From Tubiluchus corallicola (lineage: Eukaryota; Animalia; Priapulida), in NCBI GenBank assembly GCA_030141605.1, contig JAQGDQ010000001.1:1612001-1676000 (forward strand): a DNA stretch of 64,000 nucleotides, given 5' to 3'. Under the pieces are notes generated by a model that was not told the origin of the DNA, ran no database searches, and saw only the letters and a program-made list of their open reading frames with translations. The position numbers were made by a program, and so were the translations under genes. How positions within the stretch are numbered: the stretch's first letter is position 1; each line of letters opens with the position of its first letter. Positions 39,001-50,436 of this stretch are shown here, piece by piece.

Positions 39001-41582
39001 AACTTCTATTTTGTCTGAGCTAGCATATTTTTTAATCATGTAAATATAACTCGTCAAACTTAACTCCAACATTTTTGGTATACTGAATTTTACTTGTAAA
39101 TGTATATTATTAGCATAAATGACTTGAATGATGAATTGGTCAACATTCTCTTGGATTTGGTTTTTCAACTACTCTCTGACGGTGACATGTTGATGGGAAA
39201 AGCACTCAGAGGCAAAATCTTAGAAAAGTGTGAGGCGAAGCGAGCTTACCTTAGCCAAGAAAATCAACTGTTGCCTTCTATTGCCGTCTCATCAAGGTAT
39301 TTGTGATTTCATGTGCCTATGCTTGGTGTTATACCGTTGCTTGAAAGTATATTTTCTGCAGATCGTTTTGATAAACCGTTGCTGTACTATAAATCGTTGC
39401 TATACCCTGATAGTAAAAACAATGATTATATATATATTTGTATATATATATATATATATATATATCTTATATATATATCATATATATATATATGTATGTT
39501 ATTGCCGAGCCATCTTTATATTTTAAATTATTGTTTTTTACAGACCACTAATCCTGACTGACTTTAAAGCAGAACACCTAGCAGAACAAATGACATTATT
39601 AGATGCACGGTTGTTTGAAAAAATGGAGGTATTTTTTTGTGTCTGTTAGATTTGTTAATGAACTAAAAAACTAGTTAGTGGTGCATTGTCTTTCATGTGC
39701 AATAAGTTCTCTTTTTTGTCCTTGAATTTTTTTCTGATTTATTGTGAATTCTAATGCAAAGAATGTTGTTTTTGTATTTTACAGATTGCAGAAATGTTGA
39801 TTTGGTCAAGAGAACAGTCAGAAGAACAAAGTCCTAATTTAACGATGTTTACAGAGCATTTTAATAAAATGTCATACTGGTATGTGAGATGGCAAATTCA
39901 AATATACCTGGAATAAATTTTGGATATTGCTAGTTCAAATATACTTGCCATGATGAACTTTGCTAAACATTTTAATGAAAATTTTATGATTAGAAATATG
40001 CTGTTGTAATGGACCACATCAACATAATTTAAGGATTATAGAAATTTGTTTGCAAAGTTAGTTCCAGCGATTTTTGTCGGTATTAAATGCGTAAATAAGA
40101 AAACAATAAAGATATTGTTATTCTTCTACTCCTATTTTAAAAAAAACAAAAGTACTTTTTTGTCAGAAGTTTTTATTGTTTTTGGGTGTTTCATTGACTA
40201 ATGTTAACTTTTAGGGCTAGATCAAGAATACTTGAGCAGGATGATCCCCGAGATCGTGAGAGGATCATACATCGTTTTATAAAAATCATGAAGGTTTGAT
40301 TGTCATTTTTAATCGTAGATTTGCTGTATGCATAATGTAATAACATATTCTCAATCGCTTTACATTTTTCAATTCTATGATATTCTTTCTCAAGTTAACG
40401 TTAATTTGTTTTAAAATCCCTGGCAAGTTTATCGATTATTTTCAGCATCTAAGAAAACTGAACAACTTTAATTCCTACCTGGCATTGTTATCAGCATTAG
40501 ACTCGGCTCCCGTTCGCAGACTGGATTGGCCAAAACACATCAGCGAGACTTTGAAGGAATATTGTGAACTTATTGACAGTTCTGCCTCATTCAGAGCCTA
40601 TAGACTTGCGCTTGCTGAAGCAGAACCTCCATGCATACCTTATATGTAAGTGAGTTTTTATAACAATGATGCATCATTAGAAAATAATCCTACAGAAGAA
40701 GTACATGCTGAAAAATTTAGCTTTTTGTATGTCACAACTACAGCAGTTTTCTATTTCTTCTTGAGGCTGATTTGATTTGATAGAGATTTTATTCTTGCTT
40801 TACAAATATGCCTTACAAATGGCTTAACAAATTACTAAGCGAAGATGCTGTTTATCTCACATGAGTAATTTTGACTTTGCAGAGGACTAATCTTGCAAGA
40901 CTTGACATTTGTTCACATCGGCAATAACGATTTTTTGCCAGATGGAAAGGTCAACTTTGCTAAACGGTGGCAGCAGTTCAACATTTTAGATAACATGAGA
41001 AAGTTTCATGTATGGTAGGTGTATTTCTTTTTTCTTTTTTATGTTTAGCATTTTGTCTGGGGATAGCTATAGTATCATAGCCAATTAATTTTTTATAATG
41101 TCCTGAATAAATTCAAATCGGTTTGCTCAGTGTGGTGTTGTAGTATGTTGTGTTGTGTTACAGTATAGTGTGGGAGGAGCGATGTAGTGTGGTGTGGGGT
41201 GGGGTGGGTGGTATGGTATGGGTTGTTGTTGTGTTTATGCGCAAAATTCTTTTTTGCAGGTTTGGCTAGTCCTAATTAATATTGCTTAATTTAGTTTGTA
41301 ACTTCATACATTCTTATCATATAAAAGTCAATTTGTACTGCACATAATTGACTTGAAAATGGAGCTTAGATAATTATATTTGCAAAGACAAATCACGTTA
41401 TAACTTTGCTAACATCTGTCTTGTTTTCACTTTACAGTAACTACTACACAATTAAAAAGAATGAGCAAATACTGTCATTTTTTGCCAACTTTGATGAGTA
41501 TTTAGATGAAGAGACAATGTGGCAAATCTCGGAAAGCATTAAGCCACGAGGTGGACGTACAAAAGCCGATGGAAACGCTTGA
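6097..41582 (+). CDS. RAPGEF1: Rap guanine nucleotide exchange factor 1 (C3G), about 1146 aa with distal exon 1a or 1141 aa with exon 1b
   Basis: Exons: 6097-6139 (1a) or 21261-21288 (1b), 25882-26084, 29209-29381, 30553-30700, 31654-31778, 32849-32980, 33508-34472, 35072-35163, 35319-35465, 36084-36205, 36479-36593, 37128-37209, 38623-38797, 39114-39296, 39544-39628, 39785-39879, 40215-40293, 40446-40645, 40883-41014, 41438-41582. All introns are GT-AG with consistent phases. Motifs: RAKSFKDDIIERI, ALKYFQDVI..LLPGSATIVLE, five Pro-rich SH3-binding motifs (e.g. PPALPEKQR, PPPLPLKKR), QYDNV, IMAYM, REM domain (GPDLRGGTPDALVV, YQEAFLMTYRTF), CDC25 domain (LRKLNNFNSYLALLSALDS, PPCIPYIGLILQDLTFVH, VNFAKRWQQF). 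The first exon and the 26084 donor are the least certain parts. Confidence 0.95.
6348..7770. mobile_element. Degenerate non-autonomous DNA transposon (hAT-like) with ATCGTTATCG subterminal repeats
   Basis: Clusters of gataacgata/ttatcgttatcgtatc at 6350-6480 and again at 7670-7760. Termini are eroded. Confidence 0.45.
14511..14648. repeat. Perfect 69-bp tandem duplication
   Basis: 14511-14579 is identical to 14580-14648 (caaatagctaactaaggttatgacagaaggtcaaagccc...tttttaaca). Confidence 0.95.
17526..17760 (-). mobile_element. Possible decayed RTE-like LINE 3' fragment
   Basis: The ORF contains ENRIPDILIKRDRPRQNW, resembling the RxPKxxL...KRxxGRPRxxW end of RTE ORF2. Confidence 0.35.
19129..19272. 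repeat. (CT)n/(CCCT)n polypyrimidine microsatellite
   Basis: Directly visible, about 140 bp of nearly pure C/T. Confidence 0.95.
20680..21260 (+). promoter_or_regulatory. Candidate internal promoter and 5'UTR for RAPGEF1 exon 1b
   Basis: Locally CpG-rich, with an NRF1-like ACGCATGCGC at 20768-20777 and TGCGTCACA twice (20957, 21001), upstream of exon 1b. Confidence 0.45.
21261..21288 (+). CDS. RAPGEF1: Alternative proximal first coding exon (1b) of RAPGEF1, MDAKSKQGA|D
   Basis: ATG followed by a strong donor CAG|GTAAGG in phase 1, matching the phase-1 acceptor at 25882. Confidence 0.7.
26525..28520 (-). mobile_element. 5'-truncated, frameshifted LINE (CR1/L2/Crack-like reverse transcriptase) antisense in a RAPGEF1 intron
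   Basis: RT motifs YRPISLLPFFSRILEK, QYGFRKG, GVPQGSILGLLLFLIYINDL, CADGT (degenerate FADDT), LALNSTKTK, FLGVILNEHLDWKPH and GPRLWN. A (TAA)n tail lies at about 26525-26558. Confidence 0.93.
28530..29056 (+). mobile_element. Tc1/mariner transposase remnant (3' part)
   Basis: From 28747 it reads E*PGNLSDLNPTKHIGAILKDRV, a decayed WPxxSPDLNPIExxW motif, followed by a LESLL*SY...GFHT C-terminal motif. A TIR-like end ...ttatttttgtacccc is followed by TA. Confidence 0.7.
29790..30500 (+). mobile_element. Highly decayed LINE ORF2 3' remnant
   Basis: YLGSPITDDG-like motif at about 29843 and remnants of a C-terminal Cys/His (C..C...DEDH) motif near 30420-30465, with many stops. Confidence 0.5.
32030..32641. 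mobile_element. Non-autonomous hAT-like element with AAACCG subterminal repeats
   Basis: Repeated aaaccgaa/aaactgaa near both ends. The right terminus is ...cataacatccctg. Confidence 0.4.
32995..33077. repeat. 40-bp tandem duplication (1 mismatch) just 3' of a RAPGEF1 donor site
   Basis: gtgtggcaactct(c/g)taagtcattttgataactaccattta occurs twice. Confidence 0.92.
38014..38578. mobile_element. Tc1/mariner(pogo)-type MITE, copy 1
   Basis: TA|CAGTGGGCATCGCTTAATAGACTCA ... TGAGTCTAATAAACAGCACCTATAG|TA form degenerate TIRs with a TA target duplication. Internal blocks are shared with the copy at 52598. Confidence 0.8.
38924..39072. repeat. Diverged 75-bp tandem duplication
   Basis: gtaacttctattt(gg/tg)(c/t)ctgagcta(a/g)catatttttta and tcaaacttaact(t/c)caaca each occur twice. 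Confidence 0.8.
39428..39495. repeat. (TA)n microsatellite
   Basis: Directly visible. Confidence 0.9.
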
Positions 41583-43890
41583 GTTGTGATTGGACTACTT
41601 TTGTGAATATTTGTAATTTTGAATGTATATAACATATTTTGTTCAGAATTGTTCTAGCAACAGATTTGTAGATTAAGGTATGCAATTGTTAAAACATGAC
41701 AGTTATTGCTGTTTACGTGCACTAACCCATTATTATAACATCTCAACTAATTTGTGTAGCTGGCTTGGTACTTCAAATGAATACGTAATTAAATACAGTA
41801 TTATGGTTCGCTTAAGAGGTTTGGCTATTTCTGTAATGCTGTTTTTGGAAAGACAAATTTCAAACCTGAAAAATATCTAGTTGAAAGATTTATTTAAAAT
41901 TAAATAATATTTTTCCATTCGTTGTACATAGGAGTTACTTAAAGGGGAAGAAAAGGAATTTTTCCAGTATATCCCAAAGAACTTTCCATACAAAGTTGTT
42001 ACTCAGTGCTTTGCTTATGTAATGTTTGACAGACTTGTTGGAAAAGAAATCTTTGTTTCAAATATTCGCGTCACCTGACTAGTAAGAGGCACTGCATCGC
42101 CATCCCAGTGTGCTCCACTGATTGACCAAAACACACGTTATTGATTTTACTGATATAATAACCTAATTTGTACATTTGCTTAATTAACGAAAAGTGTCAT
42201 TTGAATGCTCTTAATATTTTTTCAAATTTTATGCAACGTTTTGTAAACTTATTTGAAACAACTTCAAACAACTAAAGGGAGTTTGAAAATACAACTTTTA
42301 CACAATGCTACTGCTAATGCAAACCCTGCATGCAGTAAGACAGCGTGTAAGTGCTAAAATTTCAAGACGAATTTTTTAAACTTCATTTATGATAAGTGTC
42401 TTCACGTGCTTTAAAGAAGTACCTAATGTGCCAAAAACTCTCTTGTCAAGCTTCTCTTGCTACAGAATCATAATTACTTATAAATTTTAGTTTCACTTTT
42501 GCTTGGTTGTGATTGATGCAAACTTTTCTGGTATTTAAAGGTTATCAAGTTAAATTTATGAGCTTTTTTGCTCATTTATGTTGCATGTTCAACATTTTTG
42601 TCATAGTTTTTAAAAAAAATTCAGCTAACAATTTTATAGTATGTAATGTTAGCTAGAAAGACATAGTAGTTTAGCAAACATACAAAAATGAGTAAGAGTA
42701 GGATGTTTTCATGCCAAATAATAAGTCATCTCGTGTCATATAATGAAGATAATTTTACATCACATACATGTATAATATTAATTGCATAAGTCTTACCATG
42801 CAATGCTGAACAGTTTTTTTTGACACGTAATTTTGATTTATTTTTCAGGTTTTTATTAGTTTTATGCTCAAGTTTGTAAAAAACACGATCTTTATTACAG
42901 TCAATCAAAGGTTGGGTGTTTTAATTTAATGTCTGCAGTATTTATTTTCGTTACATACAACAGATGTCCGTTTTGATGTTTTAATGCTTTTAGATTTATT
43001 ACAACTTTGTATTTACTTTAAATATTAATGCTGTCTTGCACTGACTAGCAGTTAATATGTAACATAAAATATGCGATAATAGAGATTTTTACAATTTTGT
43101 TAAATATTATTTACAGTTTTTATTTATATTGATTGTATATACATCATTAACGAAACTGATGCATTTGTCAAGGTAAGATGTCACAATATTTGATTCTACT
43201 AAATACACCTGCTGCTAGTGCCAATGGCATTAACAAATCATCTGTATCAGCAATCTATGAAGCATTATTAGGCTGTTACTGAATTGTAAAAATTTGTCGT
43301 TGTATAGTTGTGAATTATTTCTTGTGCAAAATTGTTGCATTGTAAAGGATTAAAAAATCCTATATAACTAATTTCATCTTTCTTTTTTCTCTGTATGATT
43401 ATTTGCTGAGTATTATAAATACACCAGTACAATAGTCAAAAGCATAGGTCATTACAATAGGTGAAGTGCAGTAGGTCAAAACCTAATACGCAGTACCCAT
43501 TTTATCAGAAATAACAGCTTTTACAGTGTTTTACACCTGTTTTAGCAATTGGGCCAAAAATTAGACTACTATTTTTGTCTATCTATCAAAATAATCAAAA
43601 TGTAGCTCGTAGTTAAATTGATTACTTTTCAAAAATCGCTAAAAAACAGATTAGCAAATCTGACAAAGAAGCTATTATACTTAACACATACTGTTGTAAA
43701 ACCTCTCATTTCACAGTTGCTCACGTTTTCACCTTTTTAGCAAAACTACTTTCTATTGTATTTTATCACAATCATTAATACATTGTACATTTGTACTTCG
43801 TATGTTTGATATTATTTTTCATTATCAACAAGAAAAGCAGACAGCATTATCACATGCACACAAAATATAATTAAGAAGTATTCATAATAA

Positions 43891-46059
43891 TTAATTTGCT
43901 TTTGTGAAATCATGACAAATGGGAAAAGACTTTTTCACGTCGGGTCCTGATGGTTTCTCCTTATTTTCAAAATCATCTAAGTAATCGTCTACAGGTGGAT
44001 AAGCAGATGGAACTAAAGATATAAAAAAAATGTTTAAATTACTTTACAAATTACAACATTAAGAAAACAACTAATGAATTGTTTCTTGCATGTAATTTTA
44101 AATGAGTCTAATTTCTTTAGATAAAAAACTCCACAAGGCAAGAGTCGACAATAGTAAAAAAGCGAAAGTGTTCTTATCACTACTGATAAATCTATGGATA
44201 AGACATTGGGGGAAAAACTGCCGTAGTTTTGTTAACTCACTGAGTCATAATCAATAGGCCAGTTGCTTTCAAAATTGTCAGGGCTTTTAATTAATAAAAT
44301 TTACAATACACGTGCATGTATATACGTATAGTACTGTACTGTGCTGTACTGTAATATGTACAGTACCATATGCATTACGAAATTTTATATGTAAACAAAA
44401 CTATAATAAAAATTAGACATAAAAAGTTACCACTTTGTCTTTTATTGTAATTCACTGTTGTTACAGTAACTGTTGTTTATAAACATGTTGTATGTAGTAC
44501 ATTAAACTCTTTTGCAGCTGAAGTTGTAAACTTACTTATTCCAATACTTGGCCGGCGCACCTTGTCCGGACGGCAGCCGAATCGGGTACCAGGCGTTGAG
44601 AGAGCACGTAAACTCATTTGATGCATGCTTGACTGATCCCTAAATTTATCCCTGTACTCAGTTGCAACTGTGTGAACTTTGCCATAATATCCCGCATCTA
44701 CAAAGCACAAACAAAATTAACTCAAAATACGATCAAATATGTTGGTTCAAATATGCGCCCAACTAAATCTCGCACGATTAACGGATTAGCGATTTTTTAC
44801 GAACCAAAACAATTATGATAATATTCGACTATGCAATAGGCTCTATTTTACCCAATAATGAGATATATTTGATACATTATTATATGCTATACTATGCTAA
44901 CAGAAGTTATTTTTTGAAAACTGAAAGTTACACCGTGCATTGTATATTGCAGAGAAGAAACATCGCAGTGGAGTCACGACTTACCAGACTGTCTTCTTCC
45001 CTCCACTTTAGGCTTCCAACCTTCGGGTGTCTGAAACACATAAATTAAATAAATGAATTAATAATTTACGAATGCGATTAGTTCGCAAGGAAATGAGTAG
45101 GCTACAGTTACGGAGCCCTGGAAAATGGCTTAATTCATATCCACGTTTAGGATAAAATTGAACGTGTACTTTACGAAATTGGTTCACGCAAGTTGTGTGT
45201 TAAATAAACATTCGGAAGCAAAGCTCTCGGTAGAATCTCGTTCTATCTGAATTTGAATGTACACTTTAAATTTTGCCTCTTCTAATATTTACAAAATTTA
45301 TTCAGTAATTATTTCTTCGTTATAATTATCATTCCATAATTGCTCCTGGCTTGCAGTTAACCGAATTGCATAAACAGGGACATCTGTTCACTTACAACAT
45401 AATTAATTATGAAAATTGTTAGTGGACGTAGTTGCCCCTTTATTTTTGTACAAGGTAAATCTCTTATTTTTATAAGTTCGTTGTATTTTAATTATTGTCT
45501 AAAATCCTTACTGTTAGCCCTCTGTCGTGAACAAATTACATTATATTCTCGCTTCCAAGTTGTGTTAATATTTTAGTAACTTCCTGGTATTTAATTAATT
45601 TATTGCCTAAATAATACCACCTAAATTATTTGTCTTGTTACTTCCCTAAAAGCGCTTCAATCTTCTAAGTCAAGTTAAAAATTAAGTACAGTTTTTAAAC
45701 AAAAAGTGGTACTTCCGAATGTGTGGTGCATATAATATATGTAATGAGTAACAATAGGAAGCTATAACGTGACGCTGCTACTACGTACATTGGGAGCTTG
45801 GGTTAGAAAGCACCTTTTGTAGCTTTGCACGAACTCCTGTACTCTCTAGATTTTGCAAGAAAAGTAATGAAAAGTCAATTTTTACCTCATCTTGCCAAAA
45901 ATACGAGTACCCAAAAATGTCCGTAGTTTGGCGCGAAATGTTGTCGAACGAGCCTTCTTGACCACTCAATGAATCCCGGTACTTCCAATCTTTCTTAGGA
46001 AAATCACGCAGTGTGGTCGTCCGCGGAAGATGATTCTTTTTCGTAAAACAATTTGCCAT
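43891..46059 (-). CDS. TEX26-like protein (putative ciliary/sperm microtubule-associated protein), 186 aa, 5 coding exons
   Basis: Exons 46059-45886, 45845-45789, 45030-44985, 44697-44536, 44012-43891 total 561 nt, with intron phases 0,0,1,1. Donors GTAAAA, GTACGT, GTAAGT, GTAAGT; acceptors are pyrimidine-rich. Protein: MANCFTKKNHLPRTTTLRDFPKKDWKYRDSLSGQEGSFDNISRQTTDIFGYSYFWQDERVQEFVQSYKRCFLTQAPNTPEGWKPKVEGRRQSDAGYYGKVHTVATEYRDKFRDQSSMHQMSLRALSTPGTRFGCRPDKVRRPSIGIIPSAYPPVDDYLDDFENKEKPSGPDVKKSFPICHDFTKAN. The motif order TTxRxF, GYSY..D, WK, TEYR..F, RFGC, GIIPS parallels human TEX26 as I recall it. Confidence 0.8.
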
Positions 46060-46639
46060 TTTTATTAATGCATGGTTTCTGCAACAAAACTGGAATATGT
46101 AAATGTATTACATGTGCCTGTAGGCATTAGGTATATAAGTGTATGTATTACGTATGTCAATGTAATAATAAGTTTATAGTTTAGATTGTACAATAACAAA
46201 ACACTTTAATTATGTGTGCATCATGGTGCTCAATTGATTACGGTTGTGTGCTTAATCAACTCCGAACCCGGCAGCAGCAGAAAGCATAAAACTGAGCGGT
46301 TGTACTCACCTCGGGTGACAAAACATGTAGGCTACATATATAGACAAGTTATTATCTTATCTAAATGATCTGACTATCCTAGTTAATTAATTTTGCACAT
46401 ACCTTTGTCACCACAGACCACCGTACGTGTCTCCAAAAATAACTATGGTTGTACGCCATAAAAATAATAGGCAAAACGATTGGTGGAAGAATTTAAAGGA
46501 TGTCAATCTCTACAGTGTCTAGACCGGAGAACTCTGTTGTTATGACAAGCTAGCTCAAGATGACACATTTGTTAAGTTTTTGTTAAATTTGCCATGCTTG
46601 ATTACACAGAAATTGTATTTTTTCAGGGATATATATATA

Positions 46640-48100
46640 TATAGGGATTTCAGTGAATTCACCTAGGAACTGCATTTTGTTGCGATGAAATCGGAATTTG
46701 TAAAGTTTTAACTCCCGTGACCTTGAGTCAGGAGTTAGTCAATCTTGGGTTAACCTACACCGTTCAATTTGTCTTGCCAAGACCTTTCATTTGATACACT
46801 ACAAGCCACTGTTCCCAACAATGTTTGTGACCGATCTCCCTCCCCATTTTCAGATTTTGGCCACCACAGAAAAATTCCTTACATCCCAATAATTTATATT
46901 TAGCCATGTCTAAAAACTCAACACCACCTGGCCGTATCCCAGAAACTGAGACCCTAATTCAAAAATTGTAGGAAGAGATAGTGCTTCATCAAAAACTGAT
47001 AGCTGTCTATATACTGACCTTGACCCTTGATCCAATGTTATCGTGCAGTAGTTCATTGTCAGAGCCCAGATCCTGGGCACCTGCTCTGCAAGTTTCGTTA
47101 CACCAGCTTGTTTGTTTTTCTTGTTATTGACAATACTCTATTTTGGCATTTTTGCCCCTGTCACGTGACCTCACCACGCCCACTTTTTGAAAAATATTTC
47201 ACGCGCATCTATCCTTACGTGGCTAACCATATATGCAAAAATATTAGCCTTAGTCCAAAACGATAAGACGAATTGAGTGAAAAAGCCATTTTCCCTAATT
47301 TTCACATCTTAATTGCTATCGCTGTGACCCAGAGCTCAACATTTTGGTCACTATTAATTTCTGTGCCAATTTGTGAGGACCTGCCTCGGGTATCAGCACA
47401 GCCAGTTTCGTGATCTTACCTTTTTGGAGTTATTTACATGATTTGATTTTAACACATTTGTCCGTGTCACGTGACCTAGGCACGCCCGCTTTTTGAAAAA
47501 TATTTCGTGCGCATCTACCCTTATCTGGAAAACCACATACGCAAAAACATGGAGCCTTGCTCTAAAACCGTAAGAGTAATTGAGTGACAAACATATTTGC
47601 CCTAATTTTCACATCTTGGCTCCTATCGCTGTGACCTAGAGCTCACCATTCTTACAGCATGCCGGAGTATACTATAGTACACCTGCCTTACAGCTTTTGT
47701 GATTCTAGATCTTGTACTTCCAAATACTTAATGCATGTCTACACAACTACCTGTGCGTGCATAAATATTGACACGCAGCCCAATAGTGTTAGAAAAGTTG
47801 AGTGACAACGTCGTTTGTCCTAATTTTCACATTTTGGCTCCCATCTTGAGCCCTTATCGAATCCCAGCCTTTTTAAATTCTATTTGGACATCTACCCCAC
47901 AATGCCTAAATGCCTGCAAAAAGTGAATTTACCTCAAAGTCATAGGAGTAATACTGTCATTGACCTTTTGATTCGAGGTCACATGTCACCACACCATTGT
48001 CTAAGCACCTATCCCAGGTGTCTATCCTGCAAGTTTAGTGACTCTAGGGATGGGCTTTTCAGTAGTTATTCTTATTCAGTATCATAGCGAAGATAAAAAA
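46640..48100. mobile_element. Non-autonomous Helitron/Helentron-like repeat with internal tandem units of about 306 bp
   Basis: Hallmark words tgaccttgaccc, gtcacgtgacc, caagtttcgt and aagacctttcatttgatac. Unit 47158-47340 is repeated (diverged) at 47464-47645 and partially at about 47795-47845. The family assignment is recalled. Confidence 0.6.
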
Positions 48101-48355
48101 TAATTGGAAAAAATTGCAGACTCTTTAATCACATTCTGTTTGAAACATGCGTCCGAGTATGGCTACGAACAAGAAACATGGGTATGCATAGAAGCCCGAT
48201 TTAAGACAAAAGAGATTTGAAAGAATGATTCCAGTTTTTTTTATTCGTTCATTTTATGATAGGCCTAACATTTCTCTGAGCCGCCGCCTGACTACTCGCG
48301 ACTACTCACAAATAACCAACAGGCAGCATTTTTTGTACAAAAATTACACTACAGT

Positions 48356-49129
48356 ATATTTATACTGTATAAATATGTTGTACATGTAATGAGAAACAAC
48401 TACCCTTGTAATTAGTTAAGAAAAGCATCTCGAGAATAAAGACCCCACTAATCATCTTCATTTCCGAAGATTTGTCTCTGAACCTGTTCCCAGTCTGGTC
48501 TATTCTCGCCGTTATCAAATTCCCTGTGAAGAAGTACCACGATACCGGCCAACCACGAACTAGGATTAGAAATATCCAAAATGCAAACTATGTTCACATA
48601 CAAATTTAACATCTCAACACTCACGTACAAACACAATATAATTTTATGTACATACTTGTATTTAAGAAACTATAACTACCGTTACCATGCACGTAATAAT
48701 AAAATTTTTAACACTTGTTACGTAATTTATGTTTACTTAATCATATTTATACTGTATAAATATGTTGTACATGTAATGAGAAACAACTACCCTTGTAATT
48801 AGTTAAGAAAAGCATCTCGAGAATAAAGACCCCACTAATCATCTTCATTTCCGAAGATTTGTCTCTGAACCTGTTCCCAGTCTGGTCTATTCTCGCCGTT
48901 ATCAAATTCCCTGTGAAGAAGTACCACGATACCGGCCAACCACGAACTAGGATTAGAAATATCCAAAATGCAAACTATGTTCACATACAAATTTAACATC
49001 TCAACACTCACGTACAAACACAATATAATTTTATGTACATACTTGTATTTAAGAAACTATAACTACCGTTACCATGCACGTAATAATAAAATTTTTAACA
49101 CTTGTTACGTAATTTATGTTTACTTAATC
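48356..49129. repeat. Perfect 387-bp tandem duplication
   Basis: 48356-48742 equals 48743-49129. The identical ORFs 48448-48636 and 48835-49023 are offset by 387. Confidence 0.97.
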
Positions 49130-49467
49130 TAACACAGCTAGCAAATTGATAGTTAGCCCAATGCTAGCTGTCCCTACGCTTGTGGAGGGAATACTTTAAA
49201 TTTATGCTAAAAAAATAAACTATAGAAAAGAAAGCCAATATGAATTCATTATCGAAAAATTAGTGACCATTTTAACCTGTGAAAAACTGTGGTAAGATTC
49301 TGTTTCTGTGTCAGAAGATGCTCTATATGATAAGTTTTGCGTCGCCTTTACAAATTAAATGTTTTCAAAATTGTTAACTCGTAAAATTATTTCATAATAT
49401 GTATCTCGCCCGCTCCGTGACCTTTGTTTAGGCGTTGACGGGTCACAAGTTAAATTAACGGGTTTAG

Positions 49468-50060
49468 GTCCGTTTCGCAGAACTTTTTTTTCACAAAAAA
49501 AACATTTCTCAGAAAAAAATTTGCCAGAAAATTTTTTTTCCCAGAAAGGCTTGTTTCACAGAAAAAGCATTTCCCAGAAATATTTTTAACAAAAAAAGAA
49601 TCGCGGTTGCGTGTTTAGCTGCAAGCATCTACTATTTCAGCAGATAAAACCTTCGGTTTCTTTTTTCTCTTTGCTTCTCCTTCTCTCCTTACCCCGTCTC
49701 ATCCTCTCCGCTATCCGTCTTTTCTCTCTCCTCTTTTCTGCTTCTAATTGTTTATACGGCTTTAACTAAGGATTGTCAGAGTCATTGAAAATGACGCAAT
49801 GTACCGAGTACAGCAGACAGAGTAACACTCAAATTTGTGGCACTTTATAAAAAAAGTTGCCAATGAAGCTCGTCATTTTCAGGCTCAGAGAGCCACATTG
49901 ACGGTGGGATCATAGGTGCAACCTAGAAGAATGCGTGTGCAAGAAAGATGAGAACAGCAGATACGCCAGATTATAGTCACCCCTACAGGTTAAGCGAAAT
50001 CAACAGAAGGCAATTTTGTCAGAGAATTGGGTTCGCTACCTTTATGGATTCAATTGTGTA
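49468..50060 (+). mobile_element. Mutator/MULE remnant
   Basis: Terminal array of atttc(c/t)cagaa repeats (49470-49580). From about 49826 it reads HSNLWHFIKKVANEARHFQAQRATLTVGS*VQPRRMRVQER*EQQIRQII, resembling the HPxIWxFIxxLxxE C-terminus of MULE transposases. Confidence 0.6.
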
Positions 50061-50436
50061 ATAAAAGAGCATAATTGAAATCACAATCTTGACAGACAAG
50101 TTTAAGACCCAAGTCTGTTTAAGAGGCTAGTAGTCTTGTTTTAATTTTTTGCTTTGTAACCAATTTTAGCATTAAATTAGAACTAATTTGCATTGTATCA
50201 TTTGCCATAGTTACCTCAAATCTCATTGATCTAGAAAGGATTTGAAATAAAATTTAACAATCTAGAAAATGAAAACACCAAGCCTTATGTTGAGGTCTAA
50301 ATTTGTCCAATAAATTATGCTCCTTCACAATATTTTTTTGTAGGTTCTTTTATGGCAGGACCAGATCCAAGTTAATTTTCAAAATAATCCTTTGAGATGA
50401 AATATTGAACAGGTACAGGTGTCACAGTCGATGTCC

